Shown here: positions 56,885-64,000 of the stretch, in pieces
How positions within the stretch are numbered: the first letter of the stretch is position 1
Layout of the letters: every line of letters starts with the position of its first letter
From: Myxococcota bacterium
GTDB lineage: Bacteria; Myxococcota_A; SURF-8; G963663525
NCBI GenBank assembly: GCA_963676915.2
Contig: CAXXVK010000012.1
Span: forward strand, 32,001-96,000
Reading direction: 5' to 3'
DNA: 64,000 nucleotides
The notes under the pieces: generated by a model
What the model was told of the DNA's origin: nothing
Seen by the model: only the letters and a program-made list of their open reading frames with translations
Database searches by the model: none
Translations under genes and position numbers: made by a program

Positions 56885-58669
56885 TTATTGTTCCATTTTC
56901 TCCAGATACCTGAAAATGGTTCGAGGATCTACATCAAGCATTTTAGCAGTCTTGGTACGATTGTTGGCGTTATACCGAAGGGCTTCGAGAATATACTTTT
57001 GCTGAAATTCCTCGCGTGCTTCAGCTAACGTTTTCAGTACGGGTGGCTGGGGATTTTCAAGATCCAGGTCTTCTGCCTCGATGATGCTCTTTTCCGCCAT
57101 GACAATGGCTTTTTTCACTCGGTTTTCCAATTCCCGTACGTTTCCCGGCCAGCTATGCAGCCGGATGGCTTCGGAAGCTTTCGGAGAAAATCCAGTAATT
57201 TTGGCTTTGTATTCTTCTGCATAACGCTTCAAGAAATACTTGGCGATCAGCAAGGTATCGTCGTCCCGATCTTTCAGAGATGGGAGTTCCAGGCCCACGA
57301 CGTTCAATCGATAGTATAAATCTTCCCGAAATTCCTGGGTTTCTACCATTTTTTCCAGAGGTCGATTGGTCGCGGCAATCACGCGAATATCAACCTTTTC
57401 CGGCTTGGTCGAACCGACCGGCAGGATGGTATGTTCTTCCAGCGCCCGCAAGATTTTGACCTGAAGCGCCATCGGCATATCACCGATTTCGTCAAGAAAC
57501 AATGTCCCTTGATGAGCCGCCTTGAATTTTCCGCTTTTGTCGGACACAGCACCGGTGAACGCTCCACGTTTATGACCGAACAGTTCGCTTTCCAGCAGAT
57601 CCTGGGGAATCGCGCCGCAGTTGATGGCAACGAACGGACCTTTCGCCCGATGGGACTGGTTGTGAATCTCATGTGCCACCAGTTCTTTACCGGTCCCGGT
57701 TTCTCCACGAATCAGCACCGGAATATCCGCCTGAGCCACTTTCGAGATCTTACGGAACACATCCTGCATGACTTCCGAGGAACCGATGATCGCTCCCTGT
57801 CGCATCTGATCGATTTGGTCTTTCAACTGCTGCTGATCCAGCTTAAGTTCGTCGATGGCCAATGCGTTTTGAATAACCAAGGCCGCCTGACTGGCGAAAA
57901 TTTCCAGCAATTCCAGTTTATGGGGCGTGAATAGGTTGATGATATCGTTGTTTCCAACGTACAAAATACCGAACAGGTTTTCCCGCACGATCAGCGGTGC
58001 ACACATAACGGAACTCAATTTCAGATCGAGCACGCTGGCAGCGTTTTTGTAGGCATCCTCGTTCATCGCATCGGAAACGATCAAAGCCCGACGTTCCTCA
58101 ATGACTTGTTGGATGATGGTATCCGATACGTAATCCGTTCCGTGCTGGATCGTCTCGCGTTGCACGTTCCTCGCCGCCGTGATGTGAAAACGGTCCGTTT
58201 CATCCCGCAAAATCAGGAAACCGTTGGACGCACCGGTCACTTCGATGACCGTATCCATCAGGTGGTCGAGGATTTCCTCCACCGTGTGTCGGCTCATCAT
58301 CATCGAGGTGAATTCATAAAGTTTTCGATAACTTGCGATCTCCTGATTCACGCTATCGTCCGGCGACATGGCCAACTCGTCGTAGAGGTCAAATAATAAT
58401 TCCACCTCACCTAACGTTACCTTGTCATGATGCACCAGACGTGCGGCTTTTTCCTTTTTACCATTGACGAATACGACGCATTTTTTCGAAACCTGGGAGA
58501 TGTTGTAATGTTTTCCATCGAAATGGATCACGGCGTGATTGCTTTGCACACTGGGGTCATCGAAAACGACATCGTTCGTCGGTTCTTGCCCCAACGTCGT
58601 GATTTTCTTAAATAATTTAACTCTCTGCGAACCTTTCGCATTGGTCGTGGTGAACACGAGAGATGGCAT
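56885..58669 (-). CDS. Sigma54-dependent activator: FHA, GAF, AAA+, HTH
   Basis: TLGQEPTNDVVFDDPSVQSNHA FHA, SVMCAPL GAF, GETGTGKE, GAFTGA and WPGNVRELEN. GGAGG SD before ATG 58669. Confidence 0.92.
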   Translation of the reverse strand: MPSLVFTTTNAKGSQRVKLFKKITTLGQEPTNDVVFDDPSVQSNHAVIHFDGKHYNISQVSKKCVVFVNGKKEKAARLVHHDKVTLGEVELLFDLYDELAMSPDDSVNQEIASYRKLYEFTSMMMSRHTVEEILDHLMDTVIEVTGASNGFLILRDETDRFHITAARNVQRETIQHGTDYVSDTIIQQVIEERRALIVSDAMNEDAYKNAASVLDLKLSSVMCAPLIVRENLFGILYVGNNDIINLFTPHKLELLEIFASQAALVIQNALAIDELKLDQQQLKDQIDQMRQGAIIGSSEVMQDVFRKISKVAQADIPVLIRGETGTGKELVAHEIHNQSHRAKGPFVAINCGAIPQDLLESELFGHKRGAFTGAVSDKSGKFKAAHQGTLFLDEIGDMPMALQVKILRALEEHTILPVGSTKPEKVDIRVIAATNRPLEKMVETQEFREDLYYRLNVVGLELPSLKDRDDDTLLIAKYFLKRYAEEYKAKITGFSPKASEAIRLHSWPGNVRELENRVKKAIVMAEKSIIEAEDLDLENPQPPVLKTLAEAREEFQQKYILEALRYNANNRTKTAKMLDVDPRTIFRYLEKMEQ

Positions 58670-59195
58670 ATTGTGACCTCCGGTTCGGTCGAGCTGAATT
58701 TCTGCACAACAATAATCGCTTCTACGAAAAGATCGTCTCCCCCCGTTCTGTGCGTTCTCGTTACTATAGCAGATTTCCTCGATTCCCAAGCTGAAAACAT
58801 GAAAAAAGCCTTTCACTGCCGAAACGATCTGAGATGCAATGAAGAGTGTAATCAGTCGAGTGGTCATTTTCTAAAGATTTTGAGAAGAAATCGGATCTTA
58901 GGTTTTCTCATAGGAAGGATCGTTAAGTTTCGTTCACATGGCAGAACGATCTGTAAAGGGAAGTTGTCTTTGGGGGAAATCTTGTCAAATATCCAACTCA
59001 TCGCCAAAGGAACGATGTGAAAGCAAATCGAAGACGAAAAACAGAACCTCTCAAAATAAAAGATCTAAAAAAGCGTTATAATTCCAGCATGTTGAAAATA
59101 CTGGACAAGATTTCTCCGTAAAGGCAGGATAAAATAAGGACAAAGAAAAAACATAGTTTTTTCCTTTCCATTTAAATCGAAAGAATATCCGTTTA

Positions 59196-59211
59196 TGGCA
59201 TCGGTTTTGCA
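59196..59211 (+). promoter_or_regulatory. Sigma54 (-24/-12) promoter
   Basis: TGGCATCGGTTTTGCA, near-consensus, 44 bp upstream of ATG 59255. Confidence 0.8.
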
Positions 59212-59254
59212 AAATCTATTGAGACGAGATATTGGATTAAGACATGGAACGGCC

Positions 59255-61372
59255 ATGAAAAACTTTTTAACATTCTCTTTGGTTCTCCTTTTTATCACGG
59301 TGCAAGGCTGCGTCCTGCAATCCAGCGATTCCGTTGCAGGAGTCAACGACGCTGCCGGTGACAACAGGGACGACGAACAAAACGGTACGGGAGACCTTTC
59401 TCCTGATGGTTCCGTAGACGACTCCGAGTATCCCAACAGTTCAGGAGGGGATGAAGAAGAGATCAACGGACAAGAAGGTGATGGTGATCCTTCTTCGTCC
59501 CATGCTGATGATCTGATCCTACCGTTTCTTGTGAATCTTAGCGGTCTGCAAGACCTTTTCGGAGAAGAGCTGACCAGCTACAATATCGATTACGGCGAAC
59601 AAACCGACCTGATGCTGACCGAAACGTCCCCCTACGCCGGCATCACTTTCGACGCTTTGGCAGGAGCCAATATCACCGCAACGGTTTCGGCTCCCTCCGA
59701 TAGCTTCGTAAGCCCTGTTCTTGTCCTGTACGGCCCGAAAAGCTCAACAGGATTGTGGAGCCGAGAAATCGCCATGAAAATCGCCGATGAAGGTCAGCAC
59801 GAAGCATTTCTGTACTCGATTCCCATCGATACCGAAGGCCAATATCTCCTGTTGGCAACGGGACTTCCCATCATCCCGGATACACCCCTGGAAGTCACAT
59901 TGGGTTGCCATGGACAATGCGTCGAGCCGTATTGCCCCGACAACACCTGTCAGGCGTTTTGTCCCGAAGGTTTCCGATTGGACGCCAACGGCTGCCCGTC
60001 CTGCCAATGCCGGGAAGCGACCTGTTCCTGTCTCGAAGACGAAGATTGCCCCCAAGGTCATTATTGTATGGATTGCCAGTGCCTCCCGGAAGAAAATCCT
60101 CCCGATGGCGACGATGACCTTTGCGGATGTCCCGACGATTGGGATCCCGTATGTACCGAGGACGGTACGCAATTCGCCAACGATTGCATAGCGTTATGCC
60201 TGCTTGGTCCAGAGACAACCTTCATGCCCTGCAACGATCCGGGTGACACTTGCGTGACCGATGAAGATTGCATTGAAGGCACCATGTGCGTCGCGGGGGT
60301 CTGCTCGGCCAATACCGATTGCAACTGTACAGGCATTTACGATCCAGTGTGTGGCGTCAACGGCGTAACCTATGCCAACGAATGCGAAGCGTCCTGCATC
60401 GGTGTGGCAATTGCCTACATCGGCGATTGCTCCGACCCCGCAAACCTGATTTGCGAACCGGTCTGTATCAGCGCTTCGGGTACTGAAGCCTGGAACTTCC
60501 CTTGCACGGGAGACGTGGTATTCGATAGCTGTTTGGGCTGTTACGCCTCCTGCGACCAGGCCGAAACTCGTCAGGAAGGTTGGTACGCCCACTGCATCAT
60601 TGACGACATCGGCGAAGAAACGATCACCTTGATTCAGTATGCTGACTGCGTACTCAACTGCGGTTGCCCGGATACTTGGGAGCCTGTTTGCAGTCTCGAT
60701 GGTGTAACCTATCCCAACCTCTGTGAACTTGACTGTGCCGACGCGATGTTCGGCTACGAAGGAGAATGCGAGGAAGGTATTTTCGGATGCCTTGAAAACA
60801 GCGACTGCCCGACCGGAGAAATCTGCATGCTCGACAATCTCGAAGGTTGCTCCGAAGACGATTACGGTTCCAGCCCGGAATGCACCGGCTTTTGCATAGA
60901 GTATCCCGACGTTAACGACATGCCCTGTACAGCCAACGCGGACTGCCCCGCCGGTTATGCATGCGTCGAAGGATATTGTCAGGTTTCCTGGAGCGCGGAC
61001 GACTGCATCATTACGGGGAGACATGGTGAAATCTGCGCGAACGAAGAAGTCACGACGCAATCAGCCTATTCCGACGAATTTGCATGCTATGGACTCTCCG
61101 AATGCACGCTCCTTGAAACCGGCGAGTGCGGTTGGCTGGAGACCCCGGATTTTCTGGAATGTCTGAGTTTCACAGGTCGCACGGAATGCGACTCCGATGG
61201 ACAATGCACAAGTGGCCAATATTGCTCAGCCGAAGGTTTTTGCCAGACAATGGACTGCCAGTGCCCCGGCATCGTGATGCCGATCTGCCTCCCGGACGGC
61301 AACCGATATGCAAGCCCTTGCATTGCCGCCTGCGAAAACATTACGGAAGAGCAAATCGACTTCTGTGAATAG
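59255..61372 (+). CDS. Cys-rich lipoprotein with four Kazal-type domains and an antistasin-like repeat
   Basis: Lipobox VQGC; four CxCxxxxxP[VI]CxxxGxx[YF]xxxC motifs; CPDNTCQAFCPEGFRLDANGCPSCQC. Confidence 0.85.
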   Translation: MKNFLTFSLVLLFITVQGCVLQSSDSVAGVNDAAGDNRDDEQNGTGDLSPDGSVDDSEYPNSSGGDEEEINGQEGDGDPSSSHADDLILPFLVNLSGLQDLFGEELTSYNIDYGEQTDLMLTETSPYAGITFDALAGANITATVSAPSDSFVSPVLVLYGPKSSTGLWSREIAMKIADEGQHEAFLYSIPIDTEGQYLLLATGLPIIPDTPLEVTLGCHGQCVEPYCPDNTCQAFCPEGFRLDANGCPSCQCREATCSCLEDEDCPQGHYCMDCQCLPEENPPDGDDDLCGCPDDWDPVCTEDGTQFANDCIALCLLGPETTFMPCNDPGDTCVTDEDCIEGTMCVAGVCSANTDCNCTGIYDPVCGVNGVTYANECEASCIGVAIAYIGDCSDPANLICEPVCISASGTEAWNFPCTGDVVFDSCLGCYASCDQAETRQEGWYAHCIIDDIGEETITLIQYADCVLNCGCPDTWEPVCSLDGVTYPNLCELDCADAMFGYEGECEEGIFGCLENSDCPTGEICMLDNLEGCSEDDYGSSPECTGFCIEYPDVNDMPCTANADCPAGYACVEGYCQVSWSADDCIITGRHGEICANEEVTTQSAYSDEFACYGLSECTLLETGECGWLETPDFLECLSFTGRTECDSDGQCTSGQYCSAEGFCQTMDCQCPGIVMPICLPDGNRYASPCIAACENITEEQIDFCE

Positions 61373-61404
61373 CTGTTACAAAACAAGCCAAAATACCCAT
61401 AAAC

Positions 61405-61441
61405 AAAAAAGCGGGTCGGATAATTTCTTCCGACCCGCTTT
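61405..61441. terminator. Rho-independent terminator between convergent genes
   Basis: AAAGCGGGTCGGA-8 nt-TCCGACCCGCTTT 13-bp stem with flanking A and T runs. Confidence 0.85.
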
Positions 61442-61473
61442 AAATTTTCAATGCTTCTTTTACCCTTCCCAAC

Positions 61474-62751
61474 TCAACTTTGAGTCTCGGGTATAAGGGA
61501 AATATCGCTGTTGTCATCTTGCAACAGGCGACATATTCCTACGGCTTCCGGGTAATCCGAGGTTTCGTGGTTCAACGTCGCTTCGATAACTTCGGGATCG
61601 GGTTCCTGATAGTTTTCCGGCTCCTGATACGTCGTAATCACCCCTTCGTAATTCCTCAATACGGATTTGCTCCCAGAACAAGAAAGCTGGTAGTTCGGCT
61701 GGACCGGAATTTTTCCGCCACCACCGGGAGCGTCGATGACGTAAACCGGACGAGCATAGCCGCTGGTATGACCGATGAGACTTTCGACGATCTCTATACC
61801 TTTGCCGATCGGAGTGCGGAAGTGATTGAGTCCCTCGGACATATCACACTGGAAAAGATAGTAGGGACGAACCCTGTTCTGTACGAGCAGGTGAACCAGT
61901 TTCTTCATTACGAGGGGAGAATCGTTGACTCCAGCCAGCAGAACCGATTGATTTCCCAACGGAATCCCGGCATCCGCCAAACGAGCCAAGGCTTTCCGTG
62001 AAGCCGATGTAAACTCCCTCGGGTGATTGAAATGCGTATTGATCCACAACGGATGATGCTTTTTCAGCATTGTGACGAGCTCATCATCAATGCGGAACGG
62101 CAACACCACCGGCGTGCGCGTACCAATGCGAACGATCTCCACATGGTCGATTTCCCGCAAACGGGTCAGGATATCGTCCAGAAAATCCGTAGGTAGCATG
62201 AACGGATCTCCGCCGGAGACCAGAACGTCACGGATTTCCGGATTGCTACGAATGTATTCGATTCCTGCAGTGATTCGCTCTTTGCTCGGAATAAAGTCTG
62301 TTTTGCCGACTTTGCGCTTTCGTGTACAGTGGCGGCAGTACATCGCACAGGTATTGCTCACCAGAAACAACACTCGGTCGGGATAGCGCTTCGTCACCCC
62401 GAGAACCGGGCTGTCACGTTCCTCGGCCAACGGATCTTCCATTTCGAAATCCGTCCGCTCCAATTCCTTTGGAGAAGGAAAAGCCTGCTTGAAGATCGGA
62501 TCGACCTCCAAATTTTTCCTATCGATCAACGAAGCATAATACGGAGTAATCGCCAGCGGGAAGGTTTTCAATGTTTTCTCGAACGTTCGCCGCAACTCAG
62601 CCGGTAAAGAAATTCCCAGAGCTTCTTCGAAATCAGGAACTGTTTTTATGGCGTTTTTTACCTGCCATCTCCAATTTTCCCAACGTTCTCGCTCTATTTC
62701 CTGATATCCACGTTCTTCGTTGAACTTAATGTCACCTGTAAGCGTATCCAT
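61474..62751 (-). CDS. kamA: Lysine 2,3-aminomutase (KamA/AblA family radical SAM)
   Basis: [39 protein letters not shown] and [10 protein letters not shown]. Confidence 0.92.
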   Translation of the reverse strand: MDTLTGDIKFNEERGYQEIERERWENWRWQVKNAIKTVPDFEEALGISLPAELRRTFEKTLKTFPLAITPYYASLIDRKNLEVDPIFKQAFPSPKELERTDFEMEDPLAEERDSPVLGVTKRYPDRVLFLVSNTCAMYCRHCTRKRKVGKTDFIPSKERITAGIEYIRSNPEIRDVLVSGGDPFMLPTDFLDDILTRLREIDHVEIVRIGTRTPVVLPFRIDDELVTMLKKHHPLWINTHFNHPREFTSASRKALARLADAGIPLGNQSVLLAGVNDSPLVMKKLVHLLVQNRVRPYYLFQCDMSEGLNHFRTPIGKGIEIVESLIGHTSGYARPVYVIDAPGGGGKIPVQPNYQLSCSGSKSVLRNYEGVITTYQEPENYQEPDPEVIEATLNHETSDYPEAVGICRLLQDDNSDISLIPETQS

Positions 62752-62796
62752 GTCTCCTCACACGTTTTTTCACCCAACCAATCCGGGTGAATGGGT

Positions 62797-63960
62797 TTAC
62801 TGTCGGTTCATCTTCCCGTCAAGCGTTTCCGTTTCCGAAACGAATGAACCGACGGTCTGCGCCGTATCGGCGTGACCTTTTTCACTGTTTATACAAACCT
62901 TTTCTATGTATTTATTGTTCATACAGCGTAAGAGCGCTGAATAAGATAATTTGAATGAAACTTTCGACCCCAACTCCACGCCATTTTTCCGATTTCCGAC
63001 ATTCAACACCGTAATATCGCTGCTCGCTCCGGCAATCTGGTAGCGTGTCTCCAGAGGCGTTAGTCCCGACACATCCGTATCGAGTTGACCGATATTAATC
63101 AAAGCACGATACCCTCTCTGTCCAGGCAAGTGCGAATCGTCCACTTCCATATCAAAAGGTGATGTCTCGCTGTTCGTCTCTCCTAAGGGAACCAAACTTT
63201 TTTCTTTGATTTCGGCAACTTCCGCTTCGAGGATCATCACGTCGTCCCGCAGTTCGGGAAGCAAACCGCCATTGATCAGATCGGTCCCCAGGAACACGGC
63301 TTCTCCAATGCGAAAGTGATTGATTCTCTTGGGTAATTGATTTTCGACCATCAAGGGAAGAACAGCCGTAGTACCGGCGGAAACGAAAGGGATTTTCCGC
63401 TCGAACTTCAACTCCAACAGTTCGTGATACAGTAACAACTGCATCAATTGATCCACTGTTGGCACAACTCCCGTCAAGCACCCGAGATTGGCACCCAAAC
63501 CAACGACTTCGATATTGGGCAGATTAAACACACGTTTGTAAAACGACACCAAATGCCCCGGTAGGATTCCCTCCCGAAGATCGCCCAATTCAATCATGAT
63601 CACGATTTTATGAACTTTTTTGCGTCGCCGCGCTTCTTCATCGAGCAATTCGATAACTTTTGTCTCCGTAACGAGACTGACATCAGCCCATTCAATCACG
63701 CCTTCGACTTCCGACTGAACAGGTGGACGAAGATACCACGTTTCGCATTCTGGGAACACATTTCGAATGACTTCCAGGTTTTCTAGCCTGGAATCGCCGA
63801 GCGATCTGATACCAGACTTCCCCAACGCATGGATTGTATCTTGGTGCCCGCAAAGCACTTTTGTCACGATCGTACAATTTGCACCAAATTGACGCATTTG
63901 CCTTTCGATCACCGAAAGGTTGTGATTCATAGCTTCCAGATCAATGATGAGACGGCTCAT
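62797..63960 (-). CDS. PLP-dependent alanine/ornithine racemase family protein
   Basis: IVTKVLCG (PLP Lys), GDSRLENL, IELGDLREG, GANLGC, RIGEA and GASSD. Confidence 0.88.
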   Translation of the reverse strand: MSRLIIDLEAMNHNLSVIERQMRQFGANCTIVTKVLCGHQDTIHALGKSGIRSLGDSRLENLEVIRNVFPECETWYLRPPVQSEVEGVIEWADVSLVTETKVIELLDEEARRRKKVHKIVIMIELGDLREGILPGHLVSFYKRVFNLPNIEVVGLGANLGCLTGVVPTVDQLMQLLLYHELLELKFERKIPFVSAGTTAVLPLMVENQLPKRINHFRIGEAVFLGTDLINGGLLPELRDDVMILEAEVAEIKEKSLVPLGETNSETSPFDMEVDDSHLPGQRGYRALINIGQLDTDVSGLTPLETRYQIAGASSDITVLNVGNRKNGVELGSKVSFKLSYSALLRCMNNKYIEKVCINSEKGHADTAQTVGSFVSETETLDGKMNRQ

Positions 63961-64000
63961 TGCATCCACCTCATTTCCGCGTGGGTCTGCCTGAATCCGA

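Noticed and set aside
63971-64000. Possible 3' end of an upstream gene
   Set aside because: Only 10 codons are visible; it cannot be identified.

Overview
A 64 kb window of bacterial DNA, most likely from an anaerobic deltaproteobacterium. A Myxococcota-like origin is inferred from a FrzS/AglZ-type protein, an FHA-sigma54 activator and giant Cys-rich lipoproteins. Main content: (1) An hdrC-hdrB-hdrA-mvhD-metV-metF cluster matching the Moorella-type MTHFR-Hdr complex. Its mvhD has an in-frame TGA plus a SECIS-like hairpin, so it is probably a selenoprotein that the ORF track missed. The cluster is embedded among a degenerate second metF, two histidine kinases and a response regulator. (2) A sigma54-promoter-driven dsrMK-like module with response regulators, a Cys-PAS kinase and a sigma54 activator carrying an apparently inactive ArsC/LMW-PTP domain. 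(3) Several large secreted Cys-rich lipoproteins: a 3261-aa protein with internal duplications, a Kelch protein sharing a domain with it, a multi-Kazal protein and two lipases. (4) A 166-bp MITE-like hairpin element in three full copies and one partial copy, with TA ends and G-U-compatible stems. One copy interrupts a small membrane-protein ORF. (5) A GTAG-type REP doublet. (6) Housekeeping genes: rimM-trmD without rpsP/rplS, cobB, mtnA, a split transketolase with a 1-nt frameshift, a cysG N-terminal-domain gene, and kamA with a racemase. I saw no rRNA, tRNA, CRISPR array or transposase. All calls come from motif reading by eye, not database searches.
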